64,000 bases of DNA from positions 60,574,001 through 60,638,000 of the forward strand of contig OX597828.1 in assembly GCA_951406725.2 (NCBI GenBank), written 5' to 3'. The position numbers and the translations under genes were made by a program. Source of the stretch: Octopus vulgaris (Eukaryota). The notes under the pieces were generated by a model. It was not told where the DNA came from and made no database searches. It was given only the letters and a program-made list of their open reading frames with translations. Shown here piece by piece: positions 23,221-39,689 of the stretch (position 1 is the stretch's first letter; each line of letters opens with the position of its first letter).

Positions 23221-25400
23221 TGGTTGGCGGGCACACACAATCTTTACAAACCTGGTCGATGCCGGTCGAACGTGAAGGTCGTGAGACTGGGTTGTGCGTG
23301 ATCAGCAAGGAATGGGCTGAGAATGTTATCTCTTGCCACTTCATTTCTACACGAACAGGTGTGCTGAACATTGAAATCTTGAAAAAAGCGACTTTGAAGA
23401 TCGTTCAGACGTATGTTCTCATTAGTACTAGCGACGTCGATGAAGTGGAAGAATTCCATCTTGACCTAGAGCGTGCCCTAGCGACCAGAACCACATACAC
23501 TGTCGTGATGGGAAATTTCAACGCCAAAGCTGGACGATAACGACAAGGTGAGAAGTATGTGGAAAGATTCGGGTTCGGCGAGAGAAATAAAGAGGAGAAT
23601 GTCATCATGGCACAGGCGAAAGGACTGTACATCAGCAACAGCCTGTTAAAAAAAGGGCCAGGAGCAGATGGGCCTGGATCGCCTCGAACGCAAGGGGCTG
23701 AAATGAGATCGACTACATCCTGGTCGATAAAAGGCGTATTTTACAAGACATCTCTGTAGTTGCGCCGTTCAACACGGGAAGTGACCACCACCTTGTGCGG
23801 ACGAAGATTGTGTTGGATAAGAGAAAGGAGAAAAAAGTGTTGCAGTTAGCGTCGAGGGAACAATGTTTGAAGGTTTTAAAGGAAGAACAGCTGAGGGAAG
23901 CCATAAGGAAATAATCCTGGGATCAACTTGAGGAAACAGATGACGACTATGAGACACTGATCCAGAAGTTGAAGAAAGGCTTGAGGAGTTCAAAAGTCGT
24001 GTTTTCGAAGGAAACAGGAAAGGATCTCGGAGAAGACAAAGAGAAACATGGATAGAGATGGAGAACACCCGGTTGAATATTCTGTTCTCTGCAAGGCAAT
24101 AAGGCGAAATCTTGAGAATGACTTCGAGAGAAAATAGAAGCTCCTGAAGACCGCACAAGAAAGGAAGAGCATCAAGAAATGTGAAAGAGAAATGATGCTT
24201 TATAGAACGGAAGTAACGACGTTGAAGAACCAGGACGGCAATGCAGTGACTAATAGGTGTCGAAGAAGTCTGCAAAACTTTCTACACGGACCTCTTTAAA
24301 TTGAGAGCAGTGGTCGCGCTTCTGTCGTTGGAAAGTGAAGAAGAGAAAGTACCAGCTATTCTGATCAGTGAAGTCAGAGAGCCCTCAAGTTGACGAACAA
24401 AGGAAAAGTACCTGGCAAGGATGGTATAACATCTGAAATGCTGCAGGCCGGCGGAGAGCAGTTATGGAAAGTCTGCGCTCTACGTTTCAAACGCTACCTA
24501 GAGGAAGGGTCAATACCTTCTCAATGGAAGGAATCAAATAGATCCTATTGTATAAAAAATGGATATAAGGAAGATCTTAAAAACTATTGTCCCATCTGCC
24601 TCCTGTCTCATATTTACAAGCTGCTCACAAAGATAATCGCTGAACAGTTTTCTCAACAACTGAATGAGTAGCAACCAAGAGGACAGGCAGAGTTCAGAAA
24701 AAAAGATTATAGATCATAAATAGCACTATGGTTCATATATTTGCTCTAATACAGTTGCTGGAGCGAGGGAGAGACCACCGGTTGCCTCTGCGCGTTGCGT
24801 TCATTGATTATGAAAAGGCATTCGACAGCGTCGAAATCAACGCAGTACAGCAAGCTCTCAGGAAACAAGGTGTGACGACGCAGTACGTCACCCTCCTTAG
24901 GGAGGCGAATACCGGGTGCACAACGAATGTGACCCTGTTATCTTCACCAGTGCATGTTCCGGTGGAGAAGGGTGTCAAGTAAGGAAACACCATCTCTCCT
25001 AAGTTTTTGACCACGTGCCTCGAGTTGGTCATGCGAGACATGAACTGTAACAGAGGCATAGGGATAAACAGAGGGCTGCTCACCCATCTAAGATTCGCTG
25101 ATGACATAGCGCCGATAGCGGAGAGCACCGATTAGCTGCAGACTATGCTGAATGAACTGGATTTCAGGGGTTCGGTGTAGGTCTGAAAATCAGCCGTACG
25201 AAAACAAGGTACATACAGTCTGTACACCGATCGGTTGCCTAACAGTCGGAGGTGATGAAATAGAAGAGGTGAGCAGCTATGTATATCTCGGTCAAGAAGT
25301 GACCGAGATGAGGCGAGAGATAGAGAATGAGATCTCGCGAAGGGTAAGAGCAGGATTCAATTCAGCGAAGGGTGAGGTGATGTTCTCGTAAAAATAAGGA

Positions 25401-27545
<2,145 letters not shown>

Positions 27546-27551
27546 TTTTTT

Positions 27552-28640
27552 TTGTTTGCGGGTGAAGATCTTTATATTGACCGACTATCCAAACCGAGAC
27601 ACATTAGAATCAACCATGAATTAACGAAAATTTGTAATAGACAACAAATTATACAACTATCGCCACAAATTCCAATTGCCGCTCAAGGCATCCAGATAAA
27701 CAGACCTAACCGAAGATATAAAACCATAACGTCCTTTGGTATAACCCAATCTGAAACTCCAGCATCTCACCTAAGATTGCGAAACAGTTTTTCACCGCAC
27801 TTGATCGCTGCTTCCCTAAAAAATGGAGCGTACAGCAAAATATTCAATCGTCACACTATAAAACTATCCTATGCAAATTCGTCAAACCTAGAGCACCAAA
27901 TGGATAGGATTAACAACCGTAAACTGAGGCGAAGATTAGTCAGCACTCAAAATAACATTCTTGACATCAACCATAACTCATATGACCATCCCAAAGACAA
28001 CGTTTATAACTCGAATTATACTACCAACCAACAGAGCAATAATTACAATATCCATGATACCAATCCAAAAAACAACACCAGCAACAATTCAAATAATAAA
28101 CTGAGAACACCTAGTGATAATAAAACGATAATATTGACAACCAAAATACCGAACAGAACCAATCGCCCCAACGCTCGATGTACACAAGCCAACAAAATCA
28201 AACATTCATGCTCATGCAGAGATAGATCCAATTGCCCTTTGGATAACCAATGCATGACTAAGAATGTGACACTATAAACACTAGAGGAGGCCCCTACGTA
28301 TATATCGGGGCATCAGCCGATTTTTCAAAAATGGATACCGCAACCACGTCACCAGCTTTCGGAATGTAACATCACTGGCCGATTTTATCTGGAGGCTTAA
28401 GGAAGCAAAGACAAAATACGACCTTACATGGTCCATACTTAGACACGCGAGTCCCTACAATACTACATCCTGCAAATGCCAATTATGCTCCGAGGCGTCA
28501 CTCTCGATAATGTTAACGAAGGAGCGCATTATAAATAAAGTCACTGAACATTACCCAGATGCCTACCCGCAGATAAACACACATTCACATATTACAATCC
28601 AGACCTAACATAACTTGATATAAACATGGCGCCCTCAACA
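27552..28640 (+). mobile_element. Penelope-like element 3' part (linker, Cys-rich motif, GIY-YIG)
   Basis: IFNRHTIKLSY, then CSCRDRSNCPLDNQC, then a frameshifted YIGASA and RYRNH-like segment. Confidence 0.8.
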
Positions 28641-28860
28641 CTTGATACTCATGACCTTGAGGAACCATATTTGAATAACTTGTATCTGACATATGATCTT
28701 GCAATCTAGATCCATATATATATAATATGAATTAGAGATAAAACCACTTTTATATGTATATATATCTGCATATGTATGCATATATATGTGTATATCTATA
28801 TATGTATATGTATGAGTGTGCATATATGTGTGTATATGCATATATGTGTACGTGTATGTA

Positions 28861-28916
<56 letters not shown>

Positions 28917-28919
<3 letters not shown>

Positions 28920-29296
28920 ATATAAACGGCAGTTTGTCTGTGCGTGTTTCTGTGTGTCTGTTTGCTTGTACCCTCACTCTGACCACGGCTTTCAACCGAT
29001 TCTGATGAAACTTGACACACACATAGCCCAATGTCATAATTCAAAACTAACGCAGCGAAAATTTTGAAAAGTTCCCCCAGTTCTGAAAAAAATCGATAAA
29101 TTCGACATGGGGTCGAGAATAAAAAAAACAAACCACAGACTGTCTAGGGGACGCAATTCAACCTTTTTTTACTCTCAAAAAAAAAATTACCATCATTTTT
29201 TTTCCATTTGTTTGCTATTTTTGGGCTATAACTCTCTAAAAATGCTTTATAGTTATTTCCCTTACAAACCTGAGCAACGCCGGGCGATACTGCTAG
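28917..29296 (+). mobile_element. Non-autonomous Helitron
   Basis: 5' TC after A, subterminal GC hairpin CCTGAGCAACGCCGGG, 3' CTAG followed by T; inserted in (TA)n. Confidence 0.75.
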
Positions 29297-29354
<58 letters not shown>

Positions 29355-29384
29355 CAAAATAAGCAACAAGGATATCCAGAGGTA

Positions 29385-29474
29385 ATGCAGTACGATCGTT
29401 TCTTGCGACTCCATTTAATTGAATAGTGCAAGTATTACATCAGTTTTAAAATGTAGAGCAATCTTCAGCTGCAT
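29385..29474 (-). ncRNA. Intact minimal type I hammerhead ribozyme
   Basis: ATGCAG-CTGAAGA-TTGC...GCAA-GAAAC-GATC-GTA-CTGCAT. Confidence 0.8.
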
Positions 29475-29628
29475 AAGAATATAGAATTTAGTTAAATTCG
29501 AAGGATTCATTTGTATAGTTTTCTTTTTAACCAAAATCTTTGTCTATCTACTTATTCTCTTTGTAATTTTGGATAAAAAGAAAATTATATAAATGAACCC
29601 TTCGAATTTAACTAAATTCTATATTTTT

Positions 29629-29717
29629 ATGCAGCTGAAGACTGCTCTACATTTTAAATTGATGTAATGTTTGCATTGTTCAATTAAATGGAGTCACATG
29701 AAACGATCGTACTGCAT
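29629..29717 (+). ncRNA. Type I hammerhead ribozyme, intact core, weakened base of stem II
   Basis: ATGCAG-CTGAAGA-CTGC...ACAT-GAAAC-GATC-GTA-CTGCAT. Confidence 0.7.
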
Positions 29718-30069
29718 TACCTCAGGATATCCTTGTTGCTTATTTTGATTATAATCACCCCATTTTGAATTATATGAATAATACCATACTAAATTCTGGT
29801 GCCTTTAACTTAAGTACCATATTCATCTGAATCTAAACTTGACTGAACTATATTAATAGTTATCGCCAAGCTAATATGGCAGTCCAGAAATATAACGAAT
29901 GCTACCGTTGATTAGCTCCAAGAGGCCATCACTTCTAGCTAGCTATGTGACGCACGAACCTGTGTCCATTATAACCTTCGAACAGAGGAGGTCAGCCGCT
30001 TCCCCTTGTCAGGCATCTGCAGACTAGTAAAACCGAATCAGAAAATCTCTCGTAAAACGTTTTACTGAT

Positions 30070-30111
30070 GTACCCGAAGAGACCCAGAACGGGTCGAAAC
30101 ATGTGTTGTAC
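30070..30111 (+). ncRNA. Compact type I hammerhead motif (U4-to-C core variant, GUU site)
   Basis: GTAC-CCGAAGA-GACCC-agaac-GGGTC-GAAAC-ATGT-GTT-GTAC followed by AATAAA. Confidence 0.7.
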
Positions 30112-30389
30112 TCAATAAAATCTTTTCTCCTTCCATTTATTAATACTGTTATATATATAAAGAAGACAGAAGAGACCGAGAGAAGTAACAGGCTTGAAAA
30201 ATATGAGTACTGGAGTTGATTCGTTCGACTACATTTCTCCAAGGCGGTGCTCCAGCATGGCTGCTGTTGAGACAAGTAAAAGATAAATGATACTTATAAA
30301 TGTGTATGCATGGCATATTATTAATACGTACGTGCGCACTCCCATCCCCACACATTTATAGATAAATATAAAATTGTCAGAAAAGAAAT

Positions 30390-30556
30390 GCGCTTGCTTA
30401 CCAACCTCATGGTTCCGGGTTCAGTCCCCTGCGTGACACCTTGGGCAAGTGTCTTCTACTATAACTTCGGGCCGACCAGAGCCTCGTGAGTGGATTTGAT
30501 AAACGAAAACTGAAAGAAGCCAATCGTATATATGTATATGTATATATATATATTTA

Positions 30557-30602
<46 letters not shown>

Positions 30603-30655
30603 AAATTAGAAAATGGAGAAACATACTTAAATCAATCAACTCCAGTACTCATATT

Positions 30656-30716
<61 letters not shown>

Positions 30717-30965
30717 TGTATGTATGTATGTATGTATGTATGTATGTATGTGTGTGTATATGTTTGTGTGTTTGTGTTTGTCTCCGCAACATCGCTTGAC
30801 AACCGGAGCTAGTATGTTTACGTCCCCGTAACTTAGCGGTTCGGCAAAAGTGACCGATAGCATAATTACTAGGCTTACAAAGAATAAGTCCTGGGGTCGA
30901 TTTGCTCGACTAAAGGCAGTGCTCCAGCATGGCCGCAGCCAAATGACTGAGACAAATAAAAGAAA
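30390..30965 (+). mobile_element. CORE-like SINE with an expanded internal microsatellite/insert
   Basis: Same head and tail as the 16513 copy. Confidence 0.75.
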
Positions 30966-31874
30966 TAACTCAAATCTGTGGGTGTCACCATCGTTAACTC
31001 CGCCCACTACGTACAGAGCACATACCTGGAGCCTCTACTTGGTTTCCCAATTTACTAGAAATAACAGCAAAATTCTGTGAGGTATGGACTTACCCCTAAA
31101 ATAGAATGGTAATTGTTGAAATACTTTTAATCATGTAAATCTGGTTGATCAGGGTTGACAAAGATTAAGGTTACCAACGCAAATAGAGAGAAAAAAAATG
31201 TACTGTGACAAGTGAAAAAAATCAAAATATGTGAATGGTTACAAGCTGTAATATCGTTGTTGTATCACTTTAGATGAACCTCTGATGGAGCAAAGCTAAG
31301 ATTAAAAGCTTTCAAGCCGCGACTATGAGGCCATTTTTCAGACGGTACGGCTTGATTTGAGGGAAATATGGCTACTATTTCTTGCAGGGTGCGATTATAC
31401 AAAGTATTCCTCATTGGCTCGTTCTTTAATGGTGTAAAAGAGAGAGAGAAAGGGAAAGAGAAGGGGAAAGTGAGGGGGAAGGGAGAGAGAGAGAGAGAGA
31501 GGCGTGCAAGAGGTGGAGGGGGAGAGAAAAGGATAGAGTGAGAAAGCTTGAGTGAGAAAGTGATAGTGAGTGAGGGTCGGGAGGAGTAAAGAGCTCGTAA
31601 TATGACATACAACAATCATGACTAGCAACAGCTCACACGAATCACAGCAAACGAATCGAAAACAAGAAAATATAGTTACAGTAGTAGTAGTAGTAGTAGT
31701 CGTAGTCGTAGGAGTTCGACTTCAATATTGTATCCCTATTAGTTACAATTATGTTGGAAGAAACGACACTACGAGTACTACTACATCATTTATGTTCGTC
31801 GGACATCAGCAGGGACACCAGAACATTTGATAAAAACTCTCAATGGAAATGGGAATGATATGAACGCGCGCGCA

Positions 31875-31906
<32 letters not shown>

Positions 31907-32091
31907 GACACTCACGCATTCTTGCGCGCGCGCACACACAGACACACGCAGACTATCACTCTCTCACACTTGTAACTTGGAATACACATCCCATCACGCA
32001 GACATATGCATTCTCTCAGAGACGTTTTTCATCTGGTTTATAAAACATAAAATGACTTCTGAGTGGAGAGAATTTTATCTTGGTTGACAGG

Positions 32092-32125
<34 letters not shown>

Positions 32126-32472
32126 TGTATGTATGTATGTATGTATGTATGTATGTATGTATGTATGTATGCATGCATGTGAGTATCGGTGGCGTTTCCT
32201 GCAGGCATATAATGCATGCCTATAGATAAATATAATATATATATATATATATATATATACAGTAAGAATTTTATATTTGGGTATAGACTTTGTAGTATTC
32301 TGTTTAAAGCCCGTCCACAGTATTCGGCAACCTGATGTCAACAACAGTATGGAGTTATATACCATTGGATTTACTTCAGGAATTCCTTTTGAGTTCATAG
32401 AGTTTATATGAGCAAAAAAAAAAAAAAAAAAAATGAGAAGGAAAATAGAATTCACGAGACTTTTTATTCAGA

Positions 32473-32577
32473 ATCACGACGATCTTTTCGACCCATCATG
32501 CACAGGTGCCTTACAGGTGAGATGCTGTACAATCAATTGCCATGCATTATAGTTGCAGCAGCGTCTCCTCAGGTGAC
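32473..32577 (-). ncRNA. Type I hammerhead motif (stem III C-to-A variant)
   Basis: GTCAC-CTGAGGA-GAC...GTC-GAAAA-GATC-GTC-GTGAT followed by AATAAA. Confidence 0.65.
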
Positions 32578-32920
32578 TTTCCAAAAAAGCACCCCACTTT
32601 CTACTTCCTGTTTCGCTTATTTCTATAACAATACATTTTGGTTAGTGTAGCATTCCATCTGTGTCCATAAGGAAATGAGATATCATGAAAGAATCCTTCT
32701 CATATAAGCAATAAAATAAAGAATAAGGAATCAAAAAAAGTCAAATGAAATAGAAAACATCAATAATTATACACAGGGAAATAAAAACATAAACCACATA
32801 TGCGATCAGACGAGAACAGAACTTCCCAACCTCCAAACAAAAAAAAGGAAAAAAACAAACAAACAAACAAAAACAACTAGACATATAGACCTCTACATTT
32901 CATCAAAGAAGTTATCTGTC

Positions 32921-33002
<82 letters not shown>

Positions 33003-33194
33003 GTCTATCTAGCTATCTGTCTATCTGTCTATCCATCTAGCTATCTATCTATCTTATATATTACACCCCCACTCACATATATACATGTATTTATCTAAAT
33101 TTACACACACATACACACACACACGCACGCACACACACATACACACAAATATATTTACATACACGCAGACACACATATACTTTTATTTTATTTA

Positions 33195-33396
33195 TTTATC
33201 TTTTAATTGTTTCAGTCATTTTGACTGGGGCCATGCTATCGCACCGCCTTGAAGGTTTTAGTCGAACAAATCGACCCCAGGACTTATTTTTCAAAGCCTA
33301 ATACTTTTATAGGCATCTTTGGCTGAACCGCTAAATTACAGGGACATAAACACACTAACACCGGTCGTCAAGCGTTGATGGAGTAACAAACACAAA

Positions 33397-33456
<60 letters not shown>

Positions 33457-33615
33457 AACGACAGGTTTCTCTCAGTTTCCGTTTATCAAATCCTCCGCAC
33501 AAGTCTTTGGTCGGCTCGTGGCTTTAGTAGAAAACACTTGCCTATGGTGCCACACAGTGAGACTGAACCCGGAACAATGTGGTTGGGAAGCAACCTTCTT
33601 ACTACACAGCCCCTT
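33195..33615 (-). mobile_element. CORE-like SINE
   Basis: Reverse complement of the 16513-type SINE. Confidence 0.75.
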
Positions 33616-33617
33616 CT

Positions 33618-33654
<37 letters not shown>

Positions 33655-33804
33655 TGTGTGTGTATGTATATATATATATATATTTTACAAGTATGTATGT
33701 GTATATATATGTATGTGCGTGTGTGTGTATGTAGGCGTATGCATACATACGTACATTCATACATACTTATGCGCGCGCATAGACACACACGTGCAGAAAC
33801 ATGC

Positions 33805-34165
33805 CTGTGAGTTTAAGAAGCCCACTTTTCGCAAGCACGTGGTTGCGTGTTCACTCCCATTGCCTGACACCTTGGGCAAGTGTCTTCTATTATATATCCC
33901 AGGCCGACCAATGCTTTGTAAGCAAATATAGTGAGCAGAAATTGAGCGTGTGTGAGTCTTTGTGTTTGCATTTGTTTCCACATTCCGCTTGATAACCGGT
34001 GTTAATTTGCTTAGGCCCCCATCATTCAGCGCTTGGCTGAAGAATCCAATAGAATTAGTGCTAGATTTAAAAATAAGTCTTTAGTCAATTTGTTCGACGA
34101 AATCCTTCGTGGCTGTGATCCACTATGGTCGCAGCCCAATGACTGAACAACAACTTCTAATCGGT
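33805..34165 (+). mobile_element. Diverged CORE-like SINE
   Basis: CCTTGGGCAAGTGTCTTCTA core and a degenerate tail. Confidence 0.65.
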
Positions 34166-34356
34166 GAATGGAAATCATCCCTCCCTCCGCCCCTCCCTCC
34201 CTCCCTCTCTCCATCTATGTAAAAAAAAGATAATGATGATGGTGATGGTATCAGGAGTATAGAGACAATATTGCGTTATTGGTTATTGATACTTCCAGGG
34301 ACGTGTGTACGTATGTGTGTGTGTGCAAACGCAAGCCCTTGTATGTGCGCGCGCGC

Positions 34357-34402
<46 letters not shown>

Positions 34403-34454
34403 GTATATTTATGCATCTGCATATCTATCTATCTATCCATATACATCTATATCT

Positions 34455-34487
<33 letters not shown>

Positions 34488-34494
34488 AATATAC

Positions 34495-34589
<95 letters not shown>

Positions 34590-34689
34590 TATATACATAT
34601 ATATATATACATATATATATATATAAGTTCAGGATTCAAGTGAATCAGGTCTTAAAAAGAAAAGTATCAGAATCGGGTGTGAAATCCAT

Positions 34690-34838
34690 TTGTTGTTATT
34701 TAGCTTGCTTACCAATCACATGGTTCCGGGTTCAGTCCCACTGCGTGGCACCTTGGGTAAGTGTCTTCTACTACAGCTTCGGGCCGACCAAAGCCTTGTG
34801 AGTGGATTTGGTAGACGGAAACTGAAGGAAGCCCATCG

Positions 34839-34870
<32 letters not shown>

Positions 34871-35092
34871 CATGTATATATTTGTGTGTTTGTGTCTATA
34901 TTTGTTTCCCCACCATCGCTTGACAACCGATATTGGTGTGTTTACGTCCTCGTAGCTTAGCAGTTCGGCAAATGAGATCGATAAAATAAGTATCAGGCTT
35001 ACAAAGAATAAGTCCTGGGGTAGATTTTTTCGACTAAAAGCAGTGCTCCAGCATGGCGTCAGTCAAAACTGACAGAAACAAGTAAAAGAGAC
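34690..35092 (+). mobile_element. CORE-like SINE
   Basis: GGTTCCGGGTTCAGTCCCACTGCGTGGCACCTTGGG and the conserved tail. Confidence 0.8.
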
Positions 35093-35807
35093 TATATATA
35101 TATATATATATATCATATTTACGCATGGAAATGCGTGCATGCACACAAATACGCGTGCGTACAGCCTCGATTACATGTTGATATAATCACATAAATGTTT
35201 ATACACATAAAGGCGTGCGCCAACACATACATGCGTGCGCACGTTTACAAAATTATCAATTACCAACAACTTACAATCGGCGAATGAGAAGAATCTTGTC
35301 TCAATAACCATGACAACGTACAAGATAAACATCACCAGCATCATCATCATTATTATCCTAATCATCATCACCTACCGCTAAAGCAACATAACGACAAGCA
35401 CGAAAATTATTGCTCTTATTATCCTGGTCATCATCATCATCATCCTCAACTGCAAGCACCATGCAATCATCACCACTTTCACAAACTTCAACATCAACCA
35501 GCTCTACCAATATTATTAGAACTACAAAACCATCCCTACCTACAATAACAGTTTCCGGCAAAAAACATATTAACTAAAAACCGCATCTCCTATACGACTG
35601 CTAGCAACACAAACACAGCTATCATTTAGCAGAAACATTAGAAAGCATTTACAGTAACGATCACTTTATCAAAAATCAAGAGTCATATCTACAACGGCAG
35701 TAACAGTAATCACAAACACAACACCCCCCAACAATCCACCACTACCAACGACAACAATAACAGATACAACTGTTGACAGCACTAACAGTATTACAAGCAG
35801 GGATACG

Positions 35808-35941
35808 ATGTGCCGGTGTAGATGTCGACAGCGTTGTCAGTCTTATAAGAAGGCAGCATGTGCAAACCCCATGTCACGCAATTCCATAATTTCTCTCTTT
35901 ATCAGCCTGTTGCTTCCTACTGGAATATGTGCCAACTGGAT
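35808..35941 (+). CDS. wnt16: Putative first coding exon of a secreted Wnt-family gene (Wnt16-like); alternative in-frame start at 35871
   Basis: Open frame MCRCRCRQRCQSYKKAACANP-MSRNSIISLFISLLLPTGICANW-(AT) ends at a strong donor AT|GTGAGT (phase 2). Hydrophobic signal peptide. NWM split at phase 2 resembles vertebrate WNT16 exon 1 (AQGNWM|WLG). Lies in a TE-poor island. Exon 2 was not found in the window, so the paralog is tentative. Confidence 0.5.
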
Positions 35942-37738
35942 GTGAGTAGATATTATTTCAGCTTTCTCTTTGATGTTTTATAATTGTCTTTGAATATTTA
36001 AAAATTTTCAGTTTTAAAACTTATATTTTATATTTAAAAAAAAGAATTTGTATTGTTTTCCTTGTTATTAAAATGAAATAATTACGTTAAATGCAGGTAA
36101 GTTTCCATTTCCATATTGTCCCAGTTTTCGTCTTTAACGTTACCGTTGATTGGAAAAAATAAAATATTCCAGTAAATGAGACTGGTACTTGTCTATGCAG
36201 AATGGCATAGATTTTATCGAAGCTAACTACTGGCATTTTATCAACTACGGAAGGCGGATAATTAAGTTGGCCTCAGATGAGAACATAAATTTCGGTATTA
36301 CCCCCTGATCAGTCCCTACTGTAATTGTAACAATAATGATTTCTTACAGTAACAATCACTTTATCAGCGATTGATTACAAACATCAATAGCTTTTCATAC
36401 AAAAAAGTTCCGTACTTTGACAATAATTTTTACACCTTCGCTGTCACTTTCTGATAACTATTAAGTTTCATGCTCACGAAAACTAATGTCATTACTTTTT
36501 TTTGAAACAGAAACAATATCAGTGAATAACTCGAATACAGCTTTTCTTTTTAATCATTATTTGGTTGTAGATGGTCTAATCGGTATTGGCATACATAAAC
36601 ACGATAATATTTAATCACGTCTTATTACATTTTGAGTTGAATCTCATCGAGGTTGACTTTATGAGTCCGTTAAAATAAGTAAAGATATTGATTCAATCAC
36701 TCTATCTTGAAACATATGAAATGGTTCTTAATTCTCAGTAACTGCTTCAGAGAAAAGCATGAGTAATAGAACTTAGCGTTTGCTATCCAAGTAAGAAGAT
36801 TTTGTAATTCACATATTTCCAAGCGTTAGCATTACAGATATTATTCTTCGAAGTAAGAAATGAAACTACAAAACAAGGTGTCAAAATTTTAATGCTCATA
36901 AGGTCCTTGCATCTGATAGATTGCTAGATTAACCAGAAACAACAGCTGTTTGATTGATGGAAGGCATTATTATTTTGGCTTCTAACAAATGCTGAATTGT
37001 AAATTCCAAAGCCATCCAGTCAATTCTTGATACACGAGTTTTGTTTGCGGGTATGATGACAGACTTCTGTTGCATTTTCTTCAGCTAGAGAAGTAATGGG
37101 AATTGAATTCAAAAGTCGATGGAGATAATTCAAAATTTTAAAGCATACAGATATCTTCTGATAGGTGAAGGTATTTTTATGTGAACTCCAGTTTTCTTCT
37201 AACAAAGTAAACTGATGCCAGAAGTATATCATATCCATTAGGGAAACCCTTTTTCCGAAATCATTTTATTAGACTCCCCTTTGTCGTTCATTTTCTTTTT
37301 AATATGCCAGGCATTAAAAAATGTATTAAGGTAAGGGTTGACAAAGTTAGAAGCTAATTCAAACAGACTTGGTAGAGAACATTGAGAATTCGATAGAGTT
37401 TGAAATAGCCCCATGCTTCGTAGTGAAGGAGAATGGTGCGGGAGTGGTGGTAAAATGTGAAATAAATGCTATTTTTCGAAAATGCTTTTCAGAATCGTCA
37501 TTGATGTTGTATGAAACACGGGAATACAAAAAAACAAAATGATAAAAAAAAAAATTACCCTTTCTTTTTCTCATGTGGTATGGAACTAAGGTACAACTAT
37601 TCAAAACTCTGCCGAGAATTCTAGTTCAGTCAACACACAATTTATATTCATCTCCACTTTGGAAAAGACGAGATAAAATTGAAAGTAAAGTAGGGAAGAG
37701 CACTTATCACAGCTTTACCTTTACAAGCTAAATACTCA

Positions 37739-37765
37739 TCTATATATATATACATAAAACTGAGA

Positions 37766-37807
<42 letters not shown>

Positions 37808-38020
37808 ATCACTAAAACTCAAGAACTACCCTACCAATTTCATTCAAATTTTACACATGCCTTACCTAAGGTCCCGGAGTGTCATAGGCACCCGTAAAAT
37901 TTCAACTACTTGCCTAATGCGAGACCGGAGCAATCACTTATCTCTTAAAGTGAAACAATAATATTTCTCTTCTATGTGGTATGATAGTTTCACTATTATA
38001 CGGTTTCAATTTCAATTACT
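37739..38020 (+). mobile_element. 5' fragment of a non-autonomous Helitron-like element
   Basis: A|TCTATATAT start, GT tract and CCAATTTCATTCAAATTTTACAC motif resembling the 28917 element; no 3' CTAG seen. Confidence 0.45.
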
Positions 38021-38044
38021 TTCACTATGTATTTATGTACGTGT

Positions 38045-39345
<1,301 letters not shown>

Positions 39346-39689
39346 ATTTTATTGTGTTCAGTAAATATTGTTTTGAGCCATACTTTGCCTATACGAGATG
39401 AGCATGTTAAGTAAAATTTGGAAGGAAAAATACACCTATGTACTATTGATGAGGATTTTCTAAAATTGAGTACACTTTCAAGTTTATACGAATTATCACT
39501 AGTGCAACATGGCATGCCATCCAGTTAAATAAAAGTATGACTAAATGAGGACTCTTATTATTTTTACGCTAAAAGTTAAGCCTTATATTTAGTATAAAAC
39601 AAATCTGCAATAACTTCTTTAAGTTTCAAGGGTTAATAGTCTGACAAAAGACTAGACAACTATTCACTTTTTCCTCGCTTATTAGTATT

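Larger units (their letters stand above)
29349..29753. repeat. ~190-bp-arm inverted repeat with a 28-nt spacer (inverted PLE pseudo-LTR pair)
   Basis: 29349-29537 and 29566-29753 are reverse complements with scattered mismatches; one hammerhead per arm. Confidence 0.9.
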
